A stretch of 64,000 nucleotides of DNA from Candidatus Pelearchaeum maunauluense (lineage in GTDB: Archaea; Thermoproteota; Nitrososphaeria_A; Caldarchaeales; Caldarchaeaceae): the NCBI GenBank assembly GCA_030059675.1, contig JANVYQ010000003.1:35547-99546 (forward strand), read 5' to 3'. The position numbers and the translations under genes are program-made. Under the pieces are notes generated by a model. The model was not told the DNA's origin. It worked only from the letters and a program-made list of their open reading frames with translations, and made no database searches. Positions 1 through 9,699 of this stretch are shown here, piece by piece (the first letter of the stretch is position 1; each line of letters begins with the position of its first letter).

Positions 1-1209
1 CACGTCCCTCACCACGTTTATCGCGTCTTTGATTGAGCGCTCAGCCTCGTCCACTATCCTCTGCGTGCCGCCCCTTATCAGTACTGTGAGAGCCTTCGGG
101 TTCTCGCAGCCCTCTATGAATATCATCTTATCCTCTCCTACGCGCCTCTCCTCTACCAGCTGAGCTTTGCCCAGGTCCTCGCTCCTTAGGTCGTCTATGC
201 GTGTTATCACCCTACCCCGCGTAGCCTTGGCTAGCTTATCCATATCGCTCTTCTTGATACGCCTAACCGCCATGATCCCCTTCTTGGCTAGGAAGTACTG
301 GGCCAGGTCGTCTATGCCCTTCTGGCATAGCACCACGTTGGCGCCTGTCGCGGCTATCTTCTCCACCATCTCGCGGAGCATGTCTTCCTCCTGCTTCATG
401 AACGCGCGCATCTGCTCAGGTGTCTCTATGTTCAGCTTGGCATCAAACTCGGTCTTCTCAATCTCCAGCGAAGCATCCAGCAACGCAATCCTAGCGTTCC
501 TCACAAGCTTCGGCATATCGGCATGAACTACCTCCTTATCAAGAACTATGCCGTCAACCAGCTTGGTGTCGCGGAGAGACTGGCCCTCCTTCTTCTCAAT
601 CTTAACATCATCAAGGTCAACAACCCACTTATCGCCTACCTTCTCGGCGACGCGCGTTACCGCCTCAACTGCTATCTCAGATAGGTAGTCGCTCTCCTCT
701 GCCACGAGCTTGCTGAGCATCGAAGTCTTGGCAACTTTCTTAAGTATCCCCTTGTCGTTGGGGCTTACCTTAATTCCTATCTCGTCGAGTATGTCTAGGC
801 TCTTCAGCGCTGCCTTGCGGTAGCCCTCGATTATAATTGTCGGGTGTACCTCCTTCTCTATCAACTCCTCCGCCTTGGCTAGTAGCTCGCCAGCTAGGAC
901 GACCGATGTCGTTGTACCGTCTCCAACCTCCTCATCCTGAGCCTTGGCGACCTCAACCATCATCTTAGCGACTGGGTGCTCAACATCCATCTCCTTGAGA
1001 ATTGTAGCGCCGTCGTTTGTGATGACGATATCACCGAAACTATCTACGAGCATTTTGTCCATGCCGCGCGGGCCTAGAGAAGACTTCATCGTCTCGGCGA
1101 TTACCTTAGCCACCATGATGTTGGCCGACTGGGTCTCTCTGCCCCGCATGCGGCGTGAGCCTTCCTTAAGGACGATGACAGGTTGGGTTGCGGAACCTAC
1201 CATAGCAGA
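1..1209 (-). CDS. Thermosome (group II chaperonin) subunit; N-terminus [21 protein letters not shown]... at 1209, 3' end beyond window start
   Basis: Manual reverse-strand translation gives [40 protein letters not shown] and other hallmark thermosome motifs. Not in the ORF track because it runs off the edge. Confidence 0.9.
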
Positions 1210-1249
1210 CATAATCTACAACACCTCTAACCAGACGCGCAGCGCCCCA

Positions 1250-1275
1250 CATTATAAACCTTGGCTTATAAAAGG
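1250..1275 (-). promoter_or_regulatory. Two TTTATAA-like TATA boxes 40-65 nt upstream of the thermosome ATG (read on minus strand)
   Basis: TTATAAA at 1253-1259 and TTATAAAA at 1266-1273, in an AT-rich stretch upstream of the start at 1209. Confidence 0.35.
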
Positions 1276-1287
1276 CGATTGAAAACT

Positions 1288-1310
1288 AAACGCGGCGTTT
1301 TTCCGCGTTT
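1288..1310. repeat. Perfect 8-bp inverted repeat AAACGCGG-N7-CCGCGTTT (hairpin or operator candidate) upstream of the thermosome promoter
   Basis: Direct reading of the sequence; the arms are exact complements. Confidence 0.3.
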
Positions 1311-1440
1311 CTGGCCGTTATTTCTCAGGAATTCGGTTATAGATATTCTTATGGCCGCTTACTGATGTGCATTTATTGAGTATGGGGGTGCGCAAGGGAT
1401 TAATTGCGGCGTATTACGCTGGTATGGCTGGTGAGTGTCG

Positions 1441-1584
1441 GTGAAGCTAATATCAGTAAAGTTGCCAGAAGCCTTGATTGATGGTATGGACGAGTTGGTC
1501 AAGAGGGGCGTTTACCCAAGCAGGAGCGCGGTCATGCGCACAGCGGTTAGAGACCTGCTCAGAAAAGAGCTTTGGAAACAATAG
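1441..1584 (+). CDS. Small ribbon-helix-helix (CopG/Arc/MetJ-like) DNA-binding protein, 47 aa, GTG start
   Basis: VKLISVKLPEALIDGMDELVKRGVYPSRSAVMRTAVRDLLRKELWKQ matches the RHH beta-strand and two-helix pattern. Below the ORF-track length cutoff. Confidence 0.55.
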   Translation: MKLISVKLPEALIDGMDELVKRGVYPSRSAVMRTAVRDLLRKELWKQ

Positions 1585-2376
1585 CTATATCCTGAACGGA
1601 AGGTTCTTCACACTGACAACACGGCCATAGACGTACTTTAGGTCTGTCACGAATGGGGCGAAATCAAGCTCCTCCCCCTCGTCGCTCGGCAGGTAGCGTA
1701 TATACGGCCCAGCAGGCTTGTCGCTGAGCTCCATGTAGAAGAAGAGCGGTAGTGTGGAGGAGTCGTAGTAGTCAAAGAATGGGTAGAGTATGCCTAGGAG
1801 ATGTTTCTCTCGTTGTGCTAGGTGCCAGATTGGCGGTGTTGATGTGCTGTCGCTCATCGTGGCCACGAGCCGCATTAATGAAGCAAGGTTCCGCGCCCTA
1901 ACCATTATGGGTTTCTCACCATGCGAAACACTACTACGCTGCTTCACCGCCTCAGCAACGAAATAAGGCGTATCCTCAATCTCAACAACCACACAGTTGA
2001 TATACTTACCAGCCTCAGGGGTCGTTGTGATCTTTACCTCCTCCTTCTCCACATTGGTGTATGCGATGTATGGTGGAGGCCGGTCATTATACCATACATA
2101 GGCTAGTATTGGTATGTTTCCCTTCCAGAAGGGAATGGATGTCATATGAGCTATTACATGCTTCCCGCGTAGCGGGAAGCACCATAGGAGTGGTGGATAG
2201 TCGCTCCGCGTGGTTGCTAGTCTGGCGAGGCTAAGCAGGTCCTCTACCTCCACCGATACGGGAGGTTTTTCATGAAACGTTTTAGCTGCCTGTTTCTTCT
2301 TCAAAGCCGCCGTATCAACATTATCGCTCTGTAATATATTCTGCTCATTCTTTATAAGCCCGCTTGGGCCAGTCAT
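1585..2376 (-). CDS. Hypothetical protein made of two tandem homologous domains of about 95 aa
   Basis: Internal repeat LARLATTRSDYPPLLWCFPLRGKH... / LMRLVATMSDSTSTPPIWHLAQREKH... No family recognised. Confidence 0.5.
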   Translation of the reverse strand: MTGPSGLIKNEQNILQSDNVDTAALKKKQAAKTFHEKPPVSVEVEDLLSLARLATTRSDYPPLLWCFPLRGKHVIAHMTSIPFWKGNIPILAYVWYNDRPPPYIAYTNVEKEEVKITTTPEAGKYINCVVVEIEDTPYFVAEAVKQRSSVSHGEKPIMVRARNLASLMRLVATMSDSTSTPPIWHLAQREKHLLGILYPFFDYYDSSTLPLFFYMELSDKPAGPYIRYLPSDEGEELDFAPFVTDLKYVYGRVVSVKNLPFRI

Positions 2377-2382
2377 ACATGC

Positions 2383-3114
2383 ATGAAGGAACTCTCGGCA
2401 GATGCCTACAAGCTCGCTAAAGAGGCTTTAATGACTAGGATAGCTGGTGAGGTCATCTTCGCCCAGCAGCCTGGTGAGGCTCTTAGGAAGTGGCGTGTCC
2501 TCTTTGAGGAGAGCCAGACAGAGCTCGCGCGGATGATGGGAATAGCCCCATCAGTCTTAAGCGACTACGAGAAAAACCGCCGAAAATCGCCTGGGACCAA
2601 CTTCATAAGACGCTACGTCTCGGCTTTGATAGAGCTTGACGAGAAGCGCGGAGGGGCGCATATACGTAGATTCAGCAACCTTGTTAAAGACTTCAGCAGC
2701 GTCATACTCGCTATAGCGGAATTTACCAAGCCGCGGACAGCCGAAGAGATGGCGCGTGCGTTAGATGGTGTATGGCTAGCTGGGAAGAGCAACATGGACG
2801 CTGCAATATACGGATACACAGTCGTTGATAGCCTCCAAGCAATAATGAACCTAGACTCGCATGACTTTCTACACCTCTTCGGACAGAACTCCATGCGCCT
2901 TGTAGTCTTTACTGGAGTGAGTAGGGGAAGGTCGCCGATAATAGCTGTCAAAATATATCCAATTAAGCCGAAGATGGTTGCTATACACGGGCCGCGGAGC
3001 CCGTCTGAGGTTGACCCGCTGGGTAAGGAGCTGGCTGAGAGGGAGGGAATACCATACGTGCTCTCGCTTAAGAAAGATGTGAATAGCCTGATAGCTGCGC
3101 TCAGTAGGTTGTAG
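2383..3114 (+). CDS. Putative transcriptional regulator, XRE-type HTH near N-terminus plus C-terminal conserved domain (archaeal COG1395-like)
   Basis: HTH segment LRKWRVLFEESQTELARMMGIAPSVLSDYEKNRRKSP. Divergent from the 1585..2376 gene with only 6 bp between the start codons. Confidence 0.5.
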   Translation: MKELSADAYKLAKEALMTRIAGEVIFAQQPGEALRKWRVLFEESQTELARMMGIAPSVLSDYEKNRRKSPGTNFIRRYVSALIELDEKRGGAHIRRFSNLVKDFSSVILAIAEFTKPRTAEEMARALDGVWLAGKSNMDAAIYGYTVVDSLQAIMNLDSHDFLHLFGQNSMRLVVFTGVSRGRSPIIAVKIYPIKPKMVAIHGPRSPSEVDPLGKELAEREGIPYVLSLKKDVNSLIAALSRL

Positions 3115-3553
3115 TGGTTGTCTCCTTACGCACCAGCTTAGCGTTGAGGATACCATTAACGTATCTAATGTCCTTTATAATGACCTCAAACGGTAGGTGT
3201 AGTGTTCTCTTGAAGCCCATCCCCCCTCTGACTATGAGCTTACGGCCCGCGAGCTCTATCTTCACCCTATTCTCAGGGCCTGGCACCTGCGCGGTGAGGC
3301 TCAGGTGGTCTTCCTCCTCACGCAACTCGCAGAGCAGGTCGCTCCAGGCTTTCTTCCTAAGCGCCTTATTCAGCTCGCGTATCCAGTAAAACGCTAGACC
3401 AGCCGTTAGGGCTACGAGAATTATGCCTAGTAGCCCTTTATGGAACCTGAAGAGGAGTGTGGCTATGCCTATGAAGATTAGAGCTATGATTAGGTAGAGT
3501 ATGAAGGAGGACGATATGTCAACGCCTCTACCCCTACCCCTCTGCAGGCCTGG
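3101..3553 (-). CDS. Membrane-anchored alpha-crystallin (Hsp20)-like ORF: two predicted TM helices plus a shortened ACD. No ATG/GTG/TTG until the TTG at 3325. In frame with, and immediately after, the TGA stop of the UPF0182 gene
   Basis: Stop-free frame 3553..3104 encodes PGLQRGRGRGVDISSSFILYLIIALIFIGIATLLFRFHKGLLGIILVALTAGLAFYW...ELREEEDHLSLTAQVPGPENRVKIELAGRKLIVRGG...IRYVNGILNAKL, which resembles sHsp beta-strands and the C-terminal GVL motif. Confidence 0.35.
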   Translation of the reverse strand, partial: PGLQRGRGRGVDISSSFILYLIIALIFIGIATLLFRFHKGLLGIILVALTAGLAFYWIRELNKALRKKAWSDLLCELREEEDHLSLTAQVPGPENRVKIELAGRKLIVRGGMGFKRTLHLPFEVIIKDIRYVNGILNAKLVRKETTTTTY

Positions 3554-6376
3554 TCACCCCAGTATTATGGTCATGTAGCGTAAGACCACCACTCCATCTT
3601 CTACCATTATCGCACCCACATTTAAGCTATCTCCCTCAAGCCAGTAGAGGACCCTGCCCAGCCCCTTCTCAGTGACCCAATTCTGGAGGAACTCGTCCAG
3701 TTTTGCCTTCACGTTCTCCACGTCTCCCTCACTTATTAGGCGCACAGACCCCTCGAAGAAGACGAGGTTGGCGTTTATCTCCTCGGGCTCCTCAACCCTG
3801 AGGCCAGAATCCCTGAGGTGCTTGAGGACTATCTCCAACCACTCCTCAAACGTAAGCTCCCTAGCCTCCGGTGCGCTGGCTCCAGCGAGCTTGTAGAGGA
3901 AGTTCCTGAACGCCTCTTCAACACTATCACCCAGGCCGACGAAATACTGGCCTGTGAAGGCCGCCCCAACCGCTGCCACCGTTCCTATCTGCGTAACTAC
4001 CACGTCCTCAGCCCCCGCTGGAGCAGTGTAGACGGGGATTATATAGACTGGGTGCTGGCCTATGTTGTAGAGTATCCTCTCACCTATGCGTGGCGGGTTC
4101 TTAGGGTCTGTTGTGAGTAGCGTCTTGATTACTCTGAAATCGGGGTCGCGCTCAAGCGCCTGCTGCGCGGCCGTTGGGCCTAGGAGCTTCGTCTCTGACT
4201 CTGGTGGAACGGCGTAGAATATCATCTCACCAGTATAGGGGTAGTCGTTCCTCACCAGGATATAGCCTGCCAAGTTCCTGCCCTGCGCTCCCCTTACTTC
4301 AAGCGAGAGAAGACCAAGAAACTCCATCTTGCTAAAGCCCTGCGGCTTCTCCATAATATAATACACGCTAAGCCCCTGCGGCACCTCGTAAAACTCGCGA
4401 GCCTGGATAAACGTGGCTGGGTCGGTAACGTGATAGATGTTGAACATCTCCACACGCCACCTAAAGAGCTCGGCAGGATACCTAATCTGATTCCTCAACC
4501 ACTCAGGTACCTCCGTAGTTATGTAATCTGAATAAACCGTCTTGAAGAGCTGGGAGAAGAAGTCATCACCAGTTACTATGATGTTTATAGTCCCGTCATA
4601 CGCGTCTACGAGTGCGAAGCCTAGGAGGCGTGTGAAGGGGTTGCTGCGGGACCATGGTAGGTTGTCTGTCTTTAGGGCGACGATTAGTGGTACGAGCCAG
4701 TTGGCGCGCTCGCCGTTGGTTACGGGCAGCATGTCCACCAGCCTCCCGTCTTGCCAGCGGTAAGCGAAGTAGGGAAGTACTAGCTGCACCCGTTCATGGA
4801 CATCGCGGTAACGGAGTAGGTGTATTGTTCTATCAGGGTAGCTTAAGAAGAAGGTTATGTCAAATATCCAGCTCAGTGGCGGGGATACCTTAACCCCACC
4901 ACGCCCATCGTAGCGCACACCACCTATCTCATCTGAGTTCTCCTTTCCCTCAATAATCGCAGCCCAGGTAGTGCTGAACAAGCTATCTGCACCGCCCTCG
5001 CCATAGTATATGCGGCGCTCGCGGAAGAAGAGGCCAGGGTCAACCACGTCACCAGTATGTGCGTTAAGCATTAGGAAGCCCTCTGGAATGTGAGTATAAA
5101 CTAGGTGCTCGTTATACCATAAGTCTGCGGCCGTTACCGTGGGGGGCAGTACAGGCTTCATAGAGGCGCTCCAGTATAGGGTGTTGTTGAACCGTAGAAT
5201 GTCTGAGTCCTCAAACTGGACGTAGGGTATCAATCCTATCTCTGGCTTGAGCTTGGCGAACGCGGCGTCCCAGCCCCAGAGACTGACCCGCGAGAGTATA
5301 TCCATATTGCTCTCTATGTAGCTGTCTATATTCTCAGGGGGTATGGTAACGAGGCTGAAGTTATACGTCATTATCTTTATGTCGTCAAGCCGCGCCAGGT
5401 AGCGGTTTACCGCTATCTCCTGCGAGACATACGGGCCCTGCCACTCAAGCTTCTGGGCATCGGCTATGCTGTTCTGGATTGTTACCGCAGATGCAACAGC
5501 TAGCGCTATTAATATGAGCGCACCTGCCCTGAGGTAGATATTCCGCATAACAGGCATCTTACGCGAGTCCCAGTAAGCGAATAATGCGAATATCGCCGAA
5601 GTTACGAAGGCTGCGGTGATGAATATCTTTGTGTTGAAGTTTATGTAGTTTGAGAAGAAGATGTTAAATCCAGTCCAGGCGAGGCCTAGGCTGATTAATG
5701 CTTCTATCGTTGATGTCTTTATCGTAGCTACGCCTGTCTCTATAAATGAGATTACCGTGTGTGTTATTACCTTGATTATCTGAGTCAGCCCTATCAGGAG
5801 TATGAGTCTTATCCCTATGGCGCTTAGTATAGGTGGTATTAGCAGAGTTAAAGCTGGCGCAGCCTTTATCACCGTCTCAGCCCCCGTTGCTGAGCGCTGC
5901 TCAAACGTCGTGAAGGGCAGGCTGAAAATTCCTGGAACATGCTGGAGGCCAGAATCCCAGCCGCTGATACTTGCTATAAGCGTCATCCCAAAGAGGGCGT
6001 TGGACATTATCAGGGAGCCTATGAGTACCTTGGTTATCTGCCACATGACGAAGGTGGTGGGCTGCAGCCTGAAGCGCTCAAAGTTGAAGGGCCGCGGATG
6101 GAATAGCCCTCCGCGCATGCTGGCGAGGAATGTACGAAGAGCCCATAGAGTGAGGGATTTCCTGTCTCTTATGTTGAAACGGACAAACGCTATAACCGCT
6201 AGAATCAGCCCGCCCACATAGCTGAGGAAGAACGGCCTGATATACAGGTCGCCGAACTCGCTTATGTTTAGAAAGACTTGTAGTAGCTGGTTTCCGATGA
6301 GAGAGAAGAGTAGGGCAAAGATGATGAAAGAGACTATCCAGATAATCGCCCTACCCCTACGCCTATCTTCATACAT
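3554..6376 (-). CDS. UPF0182 family (COG1615) large membrane protein, 940 aa, N-terminal multi-TM region plus large soluble domain
   Basis: Length, N-terminal TM block followed by a long hydrophilic domain, and family-typical overall architecture. Ends with TGA at 3554-3556. Confidence 0.6.
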   Translation of the reverse strand: MYEDRRRGRAIIWIVSFIIFALLFSLIGNQLLQVFLNISEFGDLYIRPFFLSYVGGLILAVIAFVRFNIRDRKSLTLWALRTFLASMRGGLFHPRPFNFERFRLQPTTFVMWQITKVLIGSLIMSNALFGMTLIASISGWDSGLQHVPGIFSLPFTTFEQRSATGAETVIKAAPALTLLIPPILSAIGIRLILLIGLTQIIKVITHTVISFIETGVATIKTSTIEALISLGLAWTGFNIFFSNYINFNTKIFITAAFVTSAIFALFAYWDSRKMPVMRNIYLRAGALILIALAVASAVTIQNSIADAQKLEWQGPYVSQEIAVNRYLARLDDIKIMTYNFSLVTIPPENIDSYIESNMDILSRVSLWGWDAAFAKLKPEIGLIPYVQFEDSDILRFNNTLYWSASMKPVLPPTVTAADLWYNEHLVYTHIPEGFLMLNAHTGDVVDPGLFFRERRIYYGEGGADSLFSTTWAAIIEGKENSDEIGGVRYDGRGGVKVSPPLSWIFDITFFLSYPDRTIHLLRYRDVHERVQLVLPYFAYRWQDGRLVDMLPVTNGERANWLVPLIVALKTDNLPWSRSNPFTRLLGFALVDAYDGTINIIVTGDDFFSQLFKTVYSDYITTEVPEWLRNQIRYPAELFRWRVEMFNIYHVTDPATFIQAREFYEVPQGLSVYYIMEKPQGFSKMEFLGLLSLEVRGAQGRNLAGYILVRNDYPYTGEMIFYAVPPESETKLLGPTAAQQALERDPDFRVIKTLLTTDPKNPPRIGERILYNIGQHPVYIIPVYTAPAGAEDVVVTQIGTVAAVGAAFTGQYFVGLGDSVEEAFRNFLYKLAGASAPEARELTFEEWLEIVLKHLRDSGLRVEEPEEINANLVFFEGSVRLISEGDVENVKAKLDEFLQNWVTEKGLGRVLYWLEGDSLNVGAIMVEDGVVVLRYMTIILG

Positions 6377-6442
6377 CTACTGTTCAGCCAACTTTTAGCC
6401 ATGCTAATTGGCGACATTATAAGGTTTGACCAGAAATAGGGG

Positions 6443-7222
6443 CTATTTTCTCCTGATTTGCGTTGCGTCGTTCCAGAGGTATCCGAAGTAGTTTCTAGCA
6501 TATTTTGCCAGGCCAGGATGGTCTGACCATATAGCTAGGAGAAGGCCGCTCCCATCATCACCAGAGAAGACTATCACAACCTCGCGCGAATCCGCTATAA
6601 CACCGCCTCCAAACATCTGGTCCCTAACACGAACCTCAGCAACATCAAGCAACTTTGTCAAGAAGGACTGCTCAACAGTGTTGGAAACCATTATCTGAAC
6701 CTGACATCCGCGCGTGTGCGCTGCGCCAGCTATTGACTGAATCATCATAACTATCCCCTTGTTTAGCGCTGGTGCTGCTATGAGTAGCTCCTGCTCACAG
6801 CGTGTAGATACGTCGCGGATAGTCTCCATGATGCTGGCCTCGCCCCTCAGTATCCATATATCAGGCCTCTCCTTGGCTCCTCTCTTCTCGTATATCGGCA
6901 TAAGCTCGCTCAGGATGGTCTCCTCATTCCCCCTAAGCCGCTTCTCGAGCCTTAGACGCAGCGACTCCAGCGCCGTGGCTGGGGATTTGGGAACATATCT
7001 AGCGGGCCTACCGCCGTGTGTTTCAATAAATCCCTTCTCGTCAAGCGCACCCAAAACCTCATAAACCTTAGAATACGGCACCTGCGCCGCCTCACTAATC
7101 TCGCTAGCCGTCATCGGGCCATTCTCCACCAACGTTATGTAAGTCCTGCTCTCATACTCAGTAAGGCCCAACTCCTGCAGCGCCTTCCTTACCCGCTCCC
7201 TAACAGAGGATTGCTGTGACAT
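6443..7222 (-). CDS. TrmB-family transcriptional regulator (winged HTH plus C-terminal sugar-binding-like domain)
   Basis: N-terminal LGLTEYESRTYITLVENGPMTASEISEAAQVPYSKVYEVLGALDEKGFIE. Confidence 0.7.
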   Translation of the reverse strand: MSQQSSVRERVRKALQELGLTEYESRTYITLVENGPMTASEISEAAQVPYSKVYEVLGALDEKGFIETHGGRPARYVPKSPATALESLRLRLEKRLRGNEETILSELMPIYEKRGAKERPDIWILRGEASIMETIRDVSTRCEQELLIAAPALNKGIVMMIQSIAGAAHTRGCQVQIMVSNTVEQSFLTKLLDVAEVRVRDQMFGGGVIADSREVVIVFSGDDGSGLLLAIWSDHPGLAKYARNYFGYLWNDATQIRRK

Positions 7223-7296
7223 GGCTGAGCCGCCTCTATCTCACTATCCCACTCAAGCAATTTGTTATAAGGTTAAGGACTTGACAAAACATATGC

Positions 7297-7812
7297 TTAG
7301 GTCTCGATTCTGAAGAAACGTATGACCGCCTTAAGGAGAGCATACCCAGCCAAGACTATCGCTATAATTGAGCCAGTTAAGACGCCGAGCCATGTATAGA
7401 CGATTCCTGGGACGACGATTCCAAAGAGCTGGGTGTCTGGTATGTTGAGGAGTAGCTGTAAGTATGTTCCTACTATGAATGTTATTATGAGCGCCTGCAC
7501 CACGGTGGCGACAAGTAGTTTTCCACGGAAACGAAAGTTCGCGGCCATTTTCCATGCAACGTAGGTGGCGACGAGATTCGCTAGTGTTCCGCCAACTATA
7601 TCCACAACCCCCAGCGGGCTAACGCTGTTAGCTACCAAAGTCCCGATGGTAATCCCCACCACCGCCGGCAGGCCAAAGACCATCGAGAGGGGAAGAAGCA
7701 TATCAGCAACCCTCACCTGCACAACCTCAAAGCTTATCCCAGCCAGCCCTATAACCCCAGCCGCGTATAATGCAGCCAGCAAAGCGGCGGTAGAGATATC
7801 CCGTAGCTTCAT
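7297..7812 (-). CDS. QueT/ECF-S-component-like small membrane transporter (DUF988-like), probable start at MKLRDIS
   Basis: Five or six TM helices. Paralogous to the 36073..36585 ORF (shared ...G.P..LG...G.L..N..SP.G..D.....A... pattern). Confidence 0.4.
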   Translation of the reverse strand: MKLRDISTAALLAALYAAGVIGLAGISFEVVQVRVADMLLPLSMVFGLPAVVGITIGTLVANSVSPLGVVDIVGGTLANLVATYVAWKMAANFRFRGKLLVATVVQALIITFIVGTYLQLLLNIPDTQLFGIVVPGIVYTWLGVLTGSIIAIVLAGYALLKAVIRFFRIET

Positions 7813-7946
7813 ACCAGAAATCCAAAACCATCCAACCAGACCCAAATAAAAAACTGTCTTCTCCCCAGCCGTCTACATACTCTCTTTATCAGGGTTATTC
7901 GTATGGAAATCCTTATTAAAAGCCCCACAGGCCTCGCCGCCTGGAA

Positions 7947-9644
7947 GTGAAGATAGAGATGGCAGTTATAACCGAGTCTGAGATTCTCCAGAAAAGCAAG
8001 AAGAAGCTTGTTACGAAGACTAGAAGTATATGCCCTGAGTGCAACAGGATACTCCCTGCCGACGTGGTAGAGGAGGATGGTAAGATTAAGATTTACAAAA
8101 CATGCCCCAAGCATGGAGAGTTTGACGACCTATACTTCGGAGATGCCGAGATGTACTACAAGTTCGCCCGCTGGCTCCATGATGGCAAGGGCACAGGCAA
8201 CCCGAATGTCGAGATGCCCAAGTGCGCGTGCCCAGCCAACTGCGGGCTGTGCAGCAGCCACCTAAGCCACTCAGGACTAGCCAACCTCGTAATCACAAAT
8301 CGCTGCGACCTACACTGCTGGTATTGCTTCTTCTACGCTGAGAAGGCTGGCTACATCTATGAGCCGACGCTAGAACAGATACGCGAGATGGCCGAGGCGC
8401 TGAAGGCGGAGCGACCAGTTCCAGGCAACTCCATACAAATCACGGGAGGCGAGCCTACGCTCCGCGACGACCTGCCAGAGATAATACGGATAATCAAACA
8501 AGCGGGTGTTGACCATGTACAGCTAAACACAAACGGGATAAGGCTGAGCCATGACTTGGAGTACTTCAGGAAGCTGAAGGAGGCAGGCGTAAGCAACCTT
8601 TACATGAGCTTTGACGGCGTAACCCCGAAGACAAACCCGAAGAACCACTGGGAAGTGCCTAAGGTTCTTGAGAACGCACGTAAGGTGGGCGTGGGTATAG
8701 TTCTGGTCCCCACAGTTATCAAGAGCGTGAACGACCACGAGCTTGGAGACATAATCAGGTTTGGCTTTAAGAATATAGACGTGATAAGGGCCGTGAACTT
8801 CCAGCCCGTCTCGCTCACGGGTAGGATGCCCAAGAAAGAGCGCGAGAAGTATAGGATAACTATACCCGACTGCATAATTAGGATAGAGGAGCAGACTAAT
8901 GGGGAGATACCGCGCGACGCCTGGTTCCCAGTACCAGCATGCACACCGCTGACACACTTCATAGAAGCGCTCACAAGAAGAGCGCACTACGAGCTGAGCA
9001 TCCACTTCGCCTGCGGCGCGGGAACATACGTCTTCAAAGATGGAGACAGGATGATACCGATAACCGAGTTCGTCGACATCGAGGGACTAATCAAATACCT
9101 ACAAGACAAGACAGAAGAGATAGAAGCCGGAAAGAATAGGTGGTGGGTGGCTACCAAAGTTCTATTCAACCTAGGTAAATTCATCAACGAGAAGAAACAG
9201 CCAAGCGGAATGAACCTAAAGCACATGCTCTACGACATCATGATAAAACACGACTACAGCAGCGTGGGTAAATGGCACCTACGCAGTATGTTCCTAGGAA
9301 TGATGCACTTCATGGACAAGTACAACCATGATGAGGAGCGGTTAAGACGGTGTGACATACACTACCTAACGCCAGACCGTCGCATAATACCCTTCTGCGC
9401 CTTCAACGTAATCCCAGAGTGGTATCGTGATAGGATACAAGCCCAGTACGGAATACCTATTGAGGAGTGGGAGCGCAGGACCGGTAGGAAGCTTAAGGAC
9501 GACTTTTACAAGCGTAAGCTACCGACAAAACAAACAACAGTTCCAACGGCCTCCACTAAAACGGCTGGATTCGGAGGAATGAAGCAAATACCAGTAATCC
9601 AAGGAGGATCTTCCGAGGAAGGAGGCTGCGGATGCGGCCATTAA
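7947..9644 (+). CDS. Radical SAM enzyme with N-terminal rubredoxin-like Zn ribbon and C-terminal Cys cluster; resembles the tetraether lipid synthase (Tes/GDGT-MAS, MJ0619-like) family
   Basis: CPECN...CPKHG Zn ribbon, CDLHCWYC (CxxxCxxC) radical SAM motif, C-terminal CGCGH, 565 aa. Confidence 0.45.
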   Translation: MKIEMAVITESEILQKSKKKLVTKTRSICPECNRILPADVVEEDGKIKIYKTCPKHGEFDDLYFGDAEMYYKFARWLHDGKGTGNPNVEMPKCACPANCGLCSSHLSHSGLANLVITNRCDLHCWYCFFYAEKAGYIYEPTLEQIREMAEALKAERPVPGNSIQITGGEPTLRDDLPEIIRIIKQAGVDHVQLNTNGIRLSHDLEYFRKLKEAGVSNLYMSFDGVTPKTNPKNHWEVPKVLENARKVGVGIVLVPTVIKSVNDHELGDIIRFGFKNIDVIRAVNFQPVSLTGRMPKKEREKYRITIPDCIIRIEEQTNGEIPRDAWFPVPACTPLTHFIEALTRRAHYELSIHFACGAGTYVFKDGDRMIPITEFVDIEGLIKYLQDKTEEIEAGKNRWWVATKVLFNLGKFINEKKQPSGMNLKHMLYDIMIKHDYSSVGKWHLRSMFLGMMHFMDKYNHDEERLRRCDIHYLTPDRRIIPFCAFNVIPEWYRDRIQAQYGIPIEEWERRTGRKLKDDFYKRKLPTKQTTVPTASTKTAGFGGMKQIPVIQGGSSEEGGCGCGH

Positions 9645-9699
9645 CTAAATCCTTATTTTCCTCGATAATATAAAAGAATTTTTTGGAGTATTTTCAGCT

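Noticed and set aside
167-1282. Plus-strand ORFs 167..526 and 944..1282
   Set aside because: Antisense to the thermosome coding sequence; low-complexity translation.
1585-2376. 2H phosphoesterase (LigT-like) assignment for the duplicated-domain protein, based on one H-x-T-x motif
   Set aside because: Only the first repeat has H-M-T-S; the second has H-L-L-G, so the paired catalytic motif is absent.
3114-3389. Plus-strand ORF 3114..3389
   Set aside because: Antisense to the ACD-like coding frame; Ser/Leu-rich with no domain.
8523-9005. Numerous 60-160-aa ORFs on the opposite strand of large genes (e.g. 8523..9005, 24338..24691, 26676..27152, 61019..61642)
   Set aside because: Fully embedded antisense to well-supported genes, with biased composition; treated as spurious.
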